52,086 nucleotides of DNA from Klebsormidium nitens (GCA_000708835.1 DF237538.1:1-52086); one strand, 5' to 3'; positions 1 through 18,993 are shown, counted from the stretch's first letter. The notes: a model not told the origin generated them from the letters alone. Translations and numbers: made by a program.

Positions 1-2668
1 GGGTTTGGAGGCGGCGGGTTTGGGGGAGGGTTAGGGGGTGGAGGGCTCGGCGGTGGGGGATTTGGTGGCGGTGGTTTGGGTGGTGGCGGATTTGGTGGGG
101 GAGGCGGTGCTACAAAAGCAGAGAACGGTGTCAGTTTGCCAGGACCGTGAGGAAGGTAAGGCGTCAGCACTAAGTATACTAAGAGTGCACGCTTTCTGCA
201 GCTTGAAGTACTGGGTATGGTTCTTTGCAACATTTTGACGTTAATAGTCGCTCAGCAGAATCCCTCTGCACGGGATTGTTAAAAACGGCCAGAGAAATGG
301 CGACTTGTAAACTTTTGACAGCGAATCTCCCGACTTTCGTGAGAACCCGGGGCCCATTTAGTAGAAAGCTGAAACTCAAGTTCTACGCCTTTCATGCCTG
401 CACCCACTATAACCCCAAGCTAACTCCAGCTTTGTCCCGGATAACCCATTTAGGAGTCGCTGATCTGCAGAACAAAGTCAGTACCTTGTTGCTTACGATA
501 GCTGGTTCTCTGTTCGGCTAATGCAAGCCTCAATCTGGGACATAATCAGCAGCATGCCAAAGTGTTCAAATGTGCCCGGTCCAACTTACATGGAGGCGAC
601 ACGGCAATGTCGTCTAGATGGAGAGACGAGGGGTTGTCCGTCAACGCAAACTTCACGGTTGTGCTCGTGCTGCTGGCCGTAAACACGGCCGAATAGCTGA
701 CGAAGTCCTGTTGGGGCGTACTTGACATGGTGAAGATTGTGGTTGACCCGGCCGTCACCGTCAGTGAGTTCGGCGTGGCCTTCCCGCTGTTCGATCCGAC
801 ACCGAAGAGGAACGTCACGGTGTACGTCACACCTGGGAGCGGAGTGGAACGGAACAGGAATATGAGTCAGAGAAAGAATCATGCGTGACGGAGTAAGACG
901 TCTTCCATCTCGGTGACTTTGGCCATGAGCACATCTGGAGCTGTCGATCCAAATCCGTTCCCTGTTCCGGGGTAGCTTCACCGGTATCGCAATGTCCATG
1001 GGCGAAGGAATGACTTTCCAGGGCGTCCGAATGACCATCTTGAGACCTTACGAGTCGACCGTAGTGACCCTAGAAAGACACCCACAAAGTAACCAAATTT
1101 GGCTAGTTGCAGAAGCGTTAGCTTACGGCCGTCGTACAGTGCGAGTCGCACACTCTTGACCTTTCAAGCATTGAAAGCTGCGAAAACTCATCGCAGGCCT
1201 TTGGGGCTGCGTATGAGCATCCAACAACTTCCTTTTTCTCTCCTTCGGACGGCTACTTGACCCGGAGCTCAAGGATGCCAGAAGGACTGATTCCACAGTG
1301 CAGTGGCCCAGTCCTGTTGTGCAAAGGTAGTCATCTTCAGTCCCAACAGAATCTACAGGACTCACCGGAAGTGGTGGCGACGGCCTGCGCGATCGAGCCC
1401 GGGCTTCCGAACGCCGCCGCATAGTAGCCCGAGCGTGACGTGGGTGCGTACGTGTCCGGCTGTGCGCCCTGGACTGCGTCCTGGTCAGCGGCCAAGTCGG
1501 TGAGGTTATGGTAAACGAAGAAGAAATTGGTTGTGCCCGCCTTGGTCCAGCCAGTGAAGGAGTTTGTCTCAAACCCTCCGTTCGTGATAAGATTTGCTCC
1601 TGCAATTGTGATACAGCTTTTTGAAGATGGTTGTGAGCAACAGAATCAGAAAGAAACTCCGATAACTCTCGATTGTTCCGACGGCCGATTGCAAAGATAG
1701 GTGAGCCCCCGAAGGACGGGTGGGGTTACGTTGGGGGTTAGGGTGGCTGCGGGTGCGCAGCGCATAATGTTTGGGGTTAGGAATTTTAGTTGAGGTGCCC
1801 GGGGCTTATGTATCTCAATACAATCTCCTGTTAGTACAATTCAGAGTTGCCAGTATCAGAAAGAAGGTTTTGCCCAACCACGTAACACACAAACTGTAGA
1901 TCTGGGGGGCATTCTGGTTGGAGAGGAAATGAAGTCAAGCACGTGGAGTAGACAGCAGATGCAATGCTGGAGACCGGAGCAGTGTCTGGTCGATGTAATA
2001 CTTCAGTGTTTACCAAGATGAAGTAGGTTGAGAGGGCCTGGCAAGCAGACTTGAGCCACCTGCAATATTCATCTTCGCAAGGAGACGAACATCCTGGAAG
2101 ATAGATTAGAAGCAACAAAGAGAAACGCTCCATCGATAATCTGAAGGAAGGATGTGGCTTTTTCTGCCACCATCAAAGAATGTCTCATTCTACTGCGAAA
2201 ACTAGTAATGGCAGACCACTTCTAAGCTAGAAGTGACATTCTGGCCAAAAACGGAAAGTTGTGGCGCTCTGTAAATGGATGCAGACTTTGCAACGCGACC
2301 AACGTAGGTGTTTGAGAGGGCACGCAATGCAAATCCAAGACAAGCGCACCGTAATGAAGTTGTGAAATGCACATACTCTTCTTTCCAAGCATGTGCATCG
2401 AAATCCTGTGAGTAAGGAAGCTAAGTCCTCAGCGTCTGAATTTATCACCACTTTCCTCATCAGGCATCCAATTCCAGATTCTATTCCTAAAGAATACTTA
2501 GGGATGAACTGACCATCAGAATCTTCACCATTGGGATTCTGTCTAAGTCAAATCTCCATAGTTGATTGGCAATAACTCACCTGCCGCCACCGCCACACAG
2601 CGGATCAGCGCCACAAAGCAGAGAGCATGTTGGGCCCTAATCTTATGACACCGTATGGACGATGCCAT
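1..2668 (-). CDS. Secreted carbohydrate-binding-like (CBM4_9/DUF642-like galactose-binding fold) protein with C-terminal Pro-rich extensin-like stalk; 3' partial
   Basis: Exons 2668-2581 (MASSIRCHKIRAQHALCFVALIRCVAVAAG, signal-peptide-like), 1599-1366 (ANLITNGGFETNSFTGWT...SGYYAAAFGSPGSIAQAVATTSG), 832-590 (VTYTVTF...PNSLTVTAG...STTVKFALTDNPSSLHLDDIAVSPP) and 109-<1 (SPPPPPNPPPPKPPPPNPPPPSPPPP...). All introns are GT-AG and all junctions are phase 1. Confidence 0.8.
1687..1825 (+). mobile_element. MITE-like element with G-rich telomere-like core, copy 1 (intron of the CBM-like gene)
   Basis: Core GACGGGTGGGGTTACGTTGGGGGTTAGGGTGGCTGCGGGTGCGCAGCG is shared with five other sites. Imperfect complementary arms: GATTGCAAAGATAGGTGAGCCCC / GGGGCTTATGTATCTCAATACAATC. 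Confidence 0.55.
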
Positions 2669-3730
2669 AGCTTACGCATAGTCACCGCATGCTTACGCAG
2701 CGCGTGCCCTTGCTTCGTGCAGGCCTAGCCCTGGTCCTCGATACTTTTAATGCATCTAATGCTTCGTGGCTAATCTAGCTTGCAGAGACTTCTCTTTGCG
2801 GTTGGCTTTTGCGTGTTCTAGATAAGTAGGTGCAAAATGTTTTTGAGCTCGTTTGAACTGCTGGCCCCGGTAAAATGTTTGGGATCAGAGTGCGCAAGCT
2901 ACATAGCTCTCAGATGCGAGGCCTTTGCCTCGTCAGCGTCTCGATGCAGTTCAAACCCTGGGGACCAGCTAGAGGCACTGCGCCCCTTGCTTCGCATCTT
3001 TCTCCAAGACAAGCCAGCACCACCATCTCTTGCAGTGACTACAACAGCAGGTGCGCGCAGCAAGGCTTGCGAAGCATTAAAGCCCCGTTCTTCCAGGAGT
3101 CCCATCCTTGTCTAACCTACAGTCAATAGCTTGCGAAGTCACTCTCAAGACAATAATATCCTGTTTGTCCGTTGAAAACGAAATGTGCTGGTTAACAGAT
3201 GCTGTTTACCATCGTGCTACAATCTGTTGCAGGTTTGTTGATCTGGTCCCCTGAGAGCCGGGGCGGGCCACTGCAGAGAGCTGCTGCTGTCCATGTTGCC
3301 AGCCAGCTTGCCGCTTGCAAGCTGACCGTCTTTCCCCATGTCTTTGCAAGTGAACCAGACTCAAGTCAGAGTCGACAACCAACTTCATCCGCCAAACTTG
3401 CTGGGACTCCTACCTGTGTAAGAGTATGCCTATGTTGCAACTTGCAAGCAGGAGCTCCAAGTCCTGGCTCCAGTGCTAGGACAGCCTAGGAGCCCTGTAT
3501 TTCTGCTACCTATCGATCTCCGCAGGCCTGACGATGTCTCAGTTTTCTGCACATGCTGATGTCCTGAGCTGAGCTGCGCAAGCTCTCAGTGTGCGCAAAT
3601 GCGGCCAGTGATGCAAAACTATCAAAGCAGACTCCTTTTGTTAGTGTCTCCGCCACTCTGAGTGGTGTGAATCACTCTCAAGCACCTGGAAGCACCTGAA
3701 TTATTGCAATTTTTCAGCGGTTAGCAATGA

Positions 3731-3791
3731 GACTGACACTGACATTGACACTGACAATGACATTGACATTGACATCGACATTGACATTGAC
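3731..3791 (+). repeat. Hexamer tandem repeat (GACATT/GACACT)n, about 10 units
   Basis: gactgacactgacattgacactgacaatgacattgacattgacatcgacattgacattgac, followed by three TTAGGGTTA motifs at about 3811-3900. Confidence 0.85.
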
Positions 3792-4025
3792 CCGGGGCAC
3801 TCTCTGTGACATTAGGGTTACGCTACAAACCTGTGACGGTTCACGGCAATCGTCGAGCGCTTTGTTAGGGTTACGTCATATCCAAGTGACATTAGGGTTA
3901 GACACTGACAGTGACAGCCGGGCAGAGTTCTTTTGGTTTTAGTGTTGGAAGCCATTTATCCTGACCCGATTCCACCCGTACTAGAAATTGTACCGCAAAG
4001 TGTACGGTAAAGCTGACAGTCTGAC

Positions 4026-4819
4026 NNNNNNNNNNNNNNNNNNNNNNNNNNNNNNNNNNNNNNNNNNNNNNNNNNNNNNNNNNNNNNNNNNNNNNNNNNN
4101 NNNNNNNNNNNNNNNNNNNNNNNNNNNNNNNNNNNNNNNNNNNNNNNNNNNNNNNNNNNNNNNNNNNNNNNNNNNNNNNNNNNNNNNNNNNNNNNNNNNN
4201 NNNNNNNNNNNNNNNNNNNNNNNNNNNNNNNNNNNNNNNNNNNNNNNNNNNNNNNNNNNNNNNNNNNNNNNNNNNNNNNNNNNNNNNNNNNNNNNNNNNN
4301 NNNNNNNNNNNNNNNNNNNNNNNNNNNNNNNNNNNNNNNNNNNNNNNNNNNNNNNNNNNNNNNNNNNNNNNNNNNNNNNNNNNNNNNNNNNNNNNNNNNN
4401 NNNNNNNNNNNNNNNNNNNNNNNNNNNNNNNNNNNNNNNNNNNNNNNNNNNNNNNNNNNNNNNNNNNNNNNNNNNNNNNNNNNNNNNNNNNNNNNNNNNN
4501 NNNNNNNNNNNNNNNNNNNNNNNNNNNNNNNNNNNNNNNNNNNNNNNNNNNNNNNNNNNNNNNNNNNNNNNNNNNNNNNNNNNNNNNNNNNNNNNNNNNN
4601 NNNNNNNNNNNNNNNNNNNNNNNNNNNNNNNNNNNNNNNNNNNNNNNNNNNNNNNNNNNNNNNNNNNNNNNNNNNNNNNNNNNNNNNNNNNNNNNNNNNN
4701 NNNNNNNNNNNNNNNNNNNNNNNNNNNNNNNNNNNNNNNNNNNNNNNNNNNNNNNNNNNNNNNNNNNNNNNNNNNNNNNNNNNNNNNNNNNNNNNNNNNN
4801 NNNNNNNNNNNNNNNNNNN
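4026..4819. other. Assembly gap (794 N)
   Basis: Run of N. Confidence 1.
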
Positions 4820-6012
4820 CCTATGTTCTTGCCTGTCGTGACCCATCGCGAGACAGCTTCGATGCAATTTGTCGAAAGCGTTACATGCGTTACATATATA
4901 CATGTCAGTGTATACGATTATTCGATCTCGATTTCGATACACCATGTGTGACATATATAAGAATGACGCATTTTTGTTCAAAGGACCTGAACTGAAAGTA
5001 CGGTCCACGCGGAGACCCTGTGAACCAATGATCCCGCGTGTAAGATGTTTTCACACTTTTTTGGAGCCTGAGACACTAACAAAAGGAGTCGACTTCGTCG
5101 TACTGGCGCCAGTGATATTAGAACGCGAGCGCGCAGAACCAGTGGGCTTAGATCGACGGCTTCGGTGCACTTGTCCATCCCATCCACGGCCTTTACTTTT
5201 ATCCTTGGAAAAAAGGCAGTATGGGATGAAATGAGGGGGACTGGCTGGGCGCATCCGGACCATCCAAAGTCATATCCAACGGTTGTCTGGCGCATGCAAG
5301 ACTGGCGCTAAGTTCGTAAGTCTAGTTCGGAAGTTTGCAAACACTGCTTTGCTGTGGCCACATGCTCGCTCTTTCGGCTCTTTAGATGGCTGATATCGAC
5401 GCGTTCGGCCTGTCTCAGGTGGCCAGGGTGATGGTTGACTATCGAATCGAAGAGAGATGCTAAAGACCTGCTGACTCGGATTTTCCGCCAGGTAAGACCG
5501 CCATGCTCGAGCCAAATTGCTGTGGTCGACAGAAAGCCCCGGAGTTATTCTCCGATGTTCGAGAACAGCCCGGGAGCAACCGGGAGGCGTGAACCACCCA
5601 TTCGCATGAGCTATTTTACCCCAGCTGGCAGCTAGCTGCTGATCAGTGTCAACCGGTGGTACTTTCCCCGTCTGCCAATCTCCCCGTTACATTCTACCTA
5701 GTGACGCCCTGCCGGTCTGTACCGTTCGTGCCCGGTCGACAGCAGCTCTTGCTTGCTTCAAAATTGCATCCTTGCTTGCTTGCGTTGTTCCGAGTGGCCG
5801 CGTAGGAGCACTTTGTCAGGGTTGATCCCTCAAGCTTCAGCGTCGTCAAGCAGGTGAAGGTGACTGTCATTGTGGTCATCAAGCGCCTTGAACTTGAAGC
5901 GAACGCCTCCAGCATCACCTCTTAGGGCTCCTATCTACCGGACAAGTTGTGATCAGCCCCCCGACCGGTGCCGAACCCCTTCTCGAAGGTTGTCCACGCG
6001 AGGTTAGCGAAG

Positions 6013-12133
<6,121 letters not shown>

Positions 12134-12772
12134 CCCTAAAAATTGCGCTTAACCATTCCAGTAGTCAAGACCAGAGGTTACGAGGATACAAAAGGGGAGC
12201 CTTCGTAACCCAGGGTCTCTGTGTAGACTAGGTTTGACACAAGCCAGCCTTTTAGATTGGCTGGCGGTGTGTCGATGACGCGCAATTATCTTCGCTAGCC
12301 AAATGGAGACAGTAGCTCGATTCAGTTAGGTGTGGGTAATCAGACGGAATCGTGTACCTACAGAGACAGCAAATAAGCACTGATGACCGTGTAAGCAAAT
12401 GCTGTCCATAGCTATTAGTGCGAGCATGCAGATAGGAGTCTGGTCCTGAATAACACCCCAGTCGGGGCGAAGTCTAGTTGGTCCAATTCTGTGTCGAAGT
12501 TAGGGTTGGCATCAGGTGCTAGAAATTGACTTGATTCTTCCGTCAAACAAGCTACTGGGAGAGGCTAGCCACCAGTTTTCGACACTCGTTTTAACATTGT
12601 TCTATTGGTTTTCTTGGTTTCTCGTGCGGGGATGCATGTTGGCATATTGGCATGGGTTCAACCGCCAATGAGCTCAAAAAATTTTGAGCCTTGTACTATA
12701 TGGGCGGGCTGAATCAATATGTGTTATCGCCGGCCAATTTGCACTTGTGACGGGTGCTTGTTGGCCAGTGTG

Positions 12773-13063
12773 CTCGCCCCGGAGAACAAGATTATGCCGG
12801 ACTTCAAGTGCTAACCGTAAACCTTGATTTTGCGCTTGACCATTCCTGGCATAGTCAAGCTAGCGGAGGTTACTAAAAGCACAATGAGGGGATCGCCTCC
12901 ACGAGCGAAGTCGTCGAAACTCGATCAGGGTCTCTTTATAGCCTAAATTGTTTTACGCAAGCATTGCTGTGCAGCACGCGCATGTCCATGATCGACCCGC
13001 AATTATCTTCGCCAGCTATAGATGCAGAGACTAAAGCTCGATTCAGTGCATATGAGGTGTGGG
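12773..13063 (+). repeat. Degenerate direct duplicate of the MIPS last-exon 3' end plus 3' UTR (source about 12092-12336)
   Basis: ccggagaacaagattatgccggacttcaagtgctaacc versus ccggagaacaacatgatgctggagttcaagtgttaacc; similarity continues through gcaattatcttcgc and agctcgattcagt...ggtgtggg. Confidence 0.85.
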
Positions 13064-14974
13064 CCCGTGATCGAATAAAAACGTGTATCTCTAGAGACAG
13101 CGGACAAGGACGGATATTGATGACGGTTTGTATGATACTCTCTAGAAATATTTAAGCGCGTACCTAGGTAGGTCGAAGTCTGCGTTCTGAAGAACCCCTG
13201 GCACAGTTGGGAGTGAAGTCTACTTCGTAGTCGATCGCAAAATCTAGCTCCGTCGAAATCAAAGTTGGCATCAGAGGAGCGTCTTAATTCTTTGCAAATT
13301 GTTATTTGATCGCAGGCTAGAGGGTAGTCATCAGTGTTCGCGGATTTCTCGGTCACTATACCTCGTAGCGTTCAGTTGCTTTCATGTTGATATCGATAGA
13401 ATTTGACTTACGCTGGCAGCTCATGTATCATATGCAATCTAACAAATGATCAGAATCCGCCTTGCATTAGTATTCAAGTACTTCCACATAAGTGCAATAG
13501 ATGCATATTAGGTAGCGGTCATGCAGCAGATTCACGAATCTAGGATGTAAAGGAAAGTATACCTGGGCCATTCATCATGCGCCGGAGCTAGCTAGATAGG
13601 TAGCTTAGCATCATGCAGGTTGCGTGCGTGTTTGGGTCCTAATAGCAATTGCGAGCCTGTCGATCGAACGAGTTTCAGCGAGTCTCTCAGCCCCTAGCGG
13701 GCCTGCGCAGCGCAACCCGGCTGCCAATGATGCAGATCAACCGGCCGTACAGACTATAACATGCTCCTCGCAGGCATTAAAACGTGCGCAAGTCAGCAGT
13801 GGCCCGACTGAACTTCAAGCCTCCCGACGATCAGATTGGCGGACGACTGTGCACCCCGGCAGGTTTTATGATGCATTCTTGAGCTCGGTGCACGGAATGT
13901 GCCTCGGGCTCTGAGTTTCAATTCTCGGACGTTCTCAACTTCCGTAGTTCTGGGATTCATGCGGTAATAGTAGTCTATCTGCAAGTCAGCGTGCACGAAC
14001 TTGTGTTCAGCTGGGCCGCAAGCGGCTCTTTCCGGTCCACTACTCCATGTTCTCCAGAACAATCAAAATTCACCAAGGCTTGAAGTCCTCCCTTAACACA
14101 CTCAACATGTACGACGGTAACCAATTCCGCTTTGGATTGTCAAGCCCTGATTAATGTTTTCTTCGTCATTTGCTACTATGTGCCTTTCCAAGGTCGCGTT
14201 TTGCAGGTACAATCTTACCGTCCAGTATGATTCGCTGGCGCAATAATACCCATCTTCGAGACAGTTTTAGAAGAAAAGGTAATCACCTACGACCTTTCGA
14301 CTGGCCGGGATACACTGGTCAATCAATCTAGTTAAACCACGTGATCGAGGAAATTTGCTCTTCCACTGCCCATTCTTTCCCCGCGAAGGAATCTCCTCAT
14401 CATCTCGAGTGCATTTCGCGGCTGATCCATTGCGACCTGCATAATAGAGAACGCAATCTCTCAGAAGATTCAGCTCGTACCGACAAAGGCGACGCAAGAA
14501 TAATTCACGAGGATTACAGAAAGTGAAAGGTTGCTGTTCGCAGATGACTTCCTCGACCTTTTCAGAGGCTGACCAACTCTGCACCGTCGGTGGCACATGC
14601 AAAGGGTGCTCTCACTGTGCACGACTTTTCTTATGCCAAATCGCCCTATGAACACGGCAACTATTGCAGACATCTGCGTTTCCTGTCCCTTCGCGCTTCC
14701 CCCCCGAAAGTCGAACTTTGCCACAACGCTTCCACCTTGTCAAAGTCCCTCTCAGCTTTCCTATCAACTAGATTTCTCTAAGGCGATGCCGATATGCACC
14801 TAACAAGAGTACATGAGACCGAGCCAGCATACTTCTCGCGCTTGACCACAGGAAACACCACGGCGACTCAAGGCATGCTCGGAATGCCTCCGCGATCAAG
14901 TCAAAGCATTTGTGACTGATCAACAATGCCCACAAAAAGCAACACAAGCTGAGGTTACCTACATACTTCAATGG

Positions 14975-15144
14975 TTTCGGTAGGCTGTTTTCTAGGTAGG
15001 ATAGTAACAGTCCCGGGGAAGGAAAAGCTAAACCTAAACCGACAAAGGAACCCGGTCCGCAGCCGTACCCACCACAACCCCCAATCTAACCCCACCCGCT
15101 CCCCGGGCCATGACCATTTCCTACCTAGAGCCAACCTACCTAAA
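14975..15144 (-). mobile_element. MITE-like element, copy 2 (just downstream of SCPL-A exon 9)
   Basis: Reverse-complement core (ccgcagccgtacccaccacaacccccaatctaaccccacccgct). Arms are built from doubled TAGGTAGG / CCTACCTA-type motifs. Confidence 0.55.
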
Positions 15145-18100
15145 CTAAAGGTTTATGTGACTTACCATGTGCCCCGCGTCCTTGACCTGGATAGAAAGAC
15201 GAAGCGATCGTCAAGAGTTTCGCAGCATAAGCGACGCGAATGGTGTCTACAATTGTCGCTTACAAGTCTCGCTTGTTGCGATGCTCAAGGTTCTCTTTTG
15301 ACGCTCGGCAAGACCATGGTACGTCGTTAGCATCTTAGCAGTAATGCTCCAAATAAGAGGGGTCACGACGAGGGGTTTGACTAAGAGACGTCTCTTTTCC
15401 TTTACCATCCATCTCGTCTCTGCCTTGACTAGGAAGTACGGAAGACTCAACAGCGGACGTTAGGAATCTACCGCACGCCAAAGTTTGATGGGGATTGACG
15501 CCCAACACGCCAAACAGCGTGTTCCTTTAGACATGAAGGTGAATTCCTTTTCAGGTCGCACCGCAAGAGCGCTCACAACTCTATGCTTCGCACATGCAAG
15601 TTCCGGCAAAGCGGGCTTTTCGATACTCAGGCCCGCGTCTCCAGCAAAGCAGCCAAAGCTTACAAGCTTGAAAACCCAACAGTGCCCACCTTGAGAAACC
15701 CGAGCAGGTCGGTTCCGGTGAAGTTGCTGGCAAACTCTCTGTCAACCGTGAAGTTAACCCAGGGCGCTTTGTTGTACGCTTCCTGGCCCGACCACTCCAT
15801 AGCCGCCATCCACCGAGAGTTGCCTGAGGGAAGAAAACGAGTCTGTTAACCGAGCCTAACCGCGCGCTTTCTTGGGTTTGGTTGACGACAGCATCTTTAA
15901 CCGTGAAGTACGTCCCTAATTGTGAGGTTTGGTTTGACGCGAGGTTTCGGCTTACAAAGGGCACTGTTCTTCGACGGACCATGACCGCGAGACTTGAAGC
16001 GAATAGGCTGGGCCCCAAAAATGGCTTTGATAAGCCCACGTTCCTTTCTTTATTGACCTCAGTCACTTCGGTCCGGGCTTTTCGGCCTTTACTATTGTTC
16101 GTACAATCTCGATCCGTCGTAGTCGGCATAGGTACACAAGGATTGTAGAAAGGACTGTCTGAAAGGTACGGTGGGACGAAAAACGTTGGTGAGACTCTCG
16201 CAACTGATTCTGTCTACACTGACCGACCCAACTTCAAACCGAGGTCGCACTCGCCCGCTGGTTTTTGGAGCCATCGAACTGTCCTGGTTTGAATGCAGAA
16301 AAGGAAGCGCTCGTCGAAGCTTCATAAGCCCGCCGTCAAAGAGAAACTCACCGATCCAGTTGCAAATGAAGTCGTCCTCGCCCGCAAAATTCAGGAAGCG
16401 GATTCCGTCCTCCAGGAGCGCCGGAATCTTGGGCTCCAGGCTGCGCATGATGTCCGCCAGCATCGCCGTCTGAATCTCGGGACTGGCACAAGAGAGCGAA
16501 TCAAAAACTGGTGTCAAAGAGAGAAGTGTAGAGGTTCCGAATGCCCACCTAGTCAGTTGCAAAGATGCATCCGTCGAACCACTAAATGCATTTGCGGCGA
16601 TCAGGAACGGCATGCAATTTGATACTCAAAGCTCCGAGCTCTGGTCTATCGGTTTGGTTTGAAAAGAGACGGCGCATGGTATCAAAGGAAATGTCAAGCC
16701 CGGACAAGTGATCTAAGATTCGCCAGTTGTTCGAAAGTTGCTGTAGGACAAGCGGCTCTTTAAGAGGTTGACAGCGCTTGCCGGCAGGCCACCCATTCGC
16801 GGTCCTGTACGCCGAGCTCCTTCTTGACGGCGGGCTGGTTCAGAAAGCGGTCCAGGTACAAGACATTCTTTGGTTTTGAGGTTTAGGGGTTCAGAGTCTC
16901 GGGTTTGGGTTAAGAGAAAGCGTCTGCACGCGCGCACTTGCAGGCCGCCCAATGGCGATCCTCCACGCCGAGCTCCTTCCTGACGGCGGGCTGATTCAAG
17001 AAGCGGTCCAGGTACGAAAAGTTTTAGCACAGCGGGGGTCCGAAGTCGCACTTCTTGCGGATGTCGTATATCTGAAAAATGAGAATTTAAAGTTGGTAAG
17101 AACACCAGCCTGTGCCGGGTAGGATTATTGTTCACATGCCCTTCCGATTGCGATTAGATTGCAACTTCTTGGAGCAGGTGTTTAGAGGAAGTGGGTCTTT
17201 TAAGTATCGGGTTTAGAGCTTACTATAGAGCCTACAGCTTAGTAAATCTAATCTGTCATGACATCGTAGGTTTGGAACAACATCGCTCTATGCAAGTCTT
17301 TACTTCGTGCTGGGTGTCTCGCCTGTTTGAGCTTCGCTCGTCGCTCCACGTTGTTTGTATGTTCTCTTTTGAGTCGCCGTTCTTGCAGAAATGAGCATCG
17401 TCGCTCAAAGCTATTTAACTAATCTGTTCTCTACGCCTTCTAAATTTTCAACGCAACTTGACCAGCTTCACGGTCCCTTACGCTAGATAGTCTGGGCAAT
17501 CCCAAGGACAAGCGACTCAGCATCGATTTCAATCAGGAAACGCGATCCAGTCTCGATCAAGACACGCGATGCAGTCTCGAGTAAGCTAGATATCACCACA
17601 TATCATGGTGACATCACGGTGACGATTTGCCGAGACATGTAGACCCGCGAGACATCTCTCAGCTAGAGAAGCCCTTGTGTTTCTCGCGTCACATTATGAA
17701 AAACATTTTGTCACCACAAAACTTATCGGGCTCTCACGTTCATGTTGTTCGCTTCCGCCAGGATGGGGTCGACAATTGTCTGGCAAATGTAGAACGCCGC
17801 AACGCAGCTGACAGAGCCGTTGGTGCCGCACGCGTGGATAGCCGTGGCGCATACCGGATACTTTACGCGCAGCGCCTCGTAAGTAGTCTTGGCGATTAGT
17901 TGGTTCTGGTACGCGTAATTGGCGTAAGCGCCATACTGAATGTCGGGTTGGGTCAGCCCGTTCCCGATTGCGATGCCCTGTAGAAAGCAGCAAGAAACGG
18001 TTAATATCTAACCAGACTGACCAACCCAAATGTTAAGAACAGGTTGCGTTTATTCCGGAGGAGTTTGGCAGGCGCGTACTGGTGAACAGAGTTCTGAGAG

Positions 18101-18844
18101 AAAGAGACGTTCTCAGAACTTGCTAATGACTGCAAGAGGGTTCACAGGATCCGGAACCTGTAGAAAGTGGATACTTGACGCGCAGCTCCTCATGCGTCGT
18201 CACAATGCTGACAAGCAACGGTGGCGTAGGCGCCCTACTAAATGTCGGGCTGGGTTAAGCCGTTCCGAACTGCAATGCCCTGCGCGAAGCAAAGCCGAAG
18301 CACCTTGTAAGACCTCGTATCCTCGCCGTCACAACAAAGTTACCCAATACGTCAGATTTTAAACATCGATTCGCCACGAAGTCAGGAGTATTGACAACGC
18401 TGTTGCAGGGTCCAAGTCAAAATTTTGGTTTCAAACGAAAGGATCTTCGGGGGCGCCCTTCCAAGGATGCCGGAAGTCCCAGAACGAATCCGAACGGGAC
18501 CTTGACTGCAGTCTGAAATCAGAAGAGAGAAAGCTAGACCACCTAAACGCAGCTGAATAGGACTAAGAGCTGACGTAAGTAGAGAAAGGACCACCTAAAA
18601 GTAGGCAAAGTCGACGTAATCACAAACTGAAAGCGGGCCGGCCAATTGATCAAGGGGATGTACCTTGAGGTTGAGGTGCGGCCCCTGCTTGGCCTTGTTC
18701 ATGGCGTGCACCTTGGCGGCGACCGCCGGAACGAAGTGCCCAGCATACGATTCGCCGGTGATGAACAGGTCGTGGTCCTGGTACTCGGGGTGCGCTGCGT
18801 AGAATGCCTGCACATGAATCGTGCTGGGCTGATATCTAGTCTAA

Positions 18845-18993
18845 AAATAAGCCAGGTATAATAAGCTAACCACACTGGGACGGGTGGGGTTAGATTGAGG
18901 GTTTAGGATGGGTTTGGGTGCGGAGCGGGTAGATTGTTGGATTGGGTTTTGAGTGTTTGTTGGGAGGTTAGCATACCTGGCTCTTATTATACC
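18845..18993 (+). mobile_element. MITE-like element, copy 3 (SCPL-A intron 3)
   Basis: Core ctgggacgggtggggttagattgagggtttaggatgggtttgggtgcggagcggg. Arms AATAAGCCAGGTATAATAAGCTAACC / GGTTAGCATACCTGGCTCTTATTATACCT. Confidence 0.6.

Noticed and set aside
3811-3900. Telomere or telomere-addition site
   Set aside because: Only isolated TTAGGG motifs within other repeats, not a tandem telomeric tract.
3956-5008. 350-aa and 335-aa ORFs
   Set aside because: Artefacts of translating through the N gap.
13100-14900. Several 80-120 aa ORFs between MIPS and SCPL-A
   Set aside because: No recognisable motifs, no GC3 bias and no consistent exon chain.
14870-14930. Possible degenerate last exon of SCPL-A (gatcagtcacaaatgctttgacttg vs DQPKNALEM)
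   Set aside because: Similarity is too weak, there is no acceptor, and the frame is broken.
16327-16836. 13-bp perfect inverted repeat (agcccgccgtcaa / ttgacggcgggct) flanking SCPL-A exon 7, as a possible exon-selecting RNA stem
   Set aside because: Absent from intact paralogue B, short and GC-rich, so compatible with chance.
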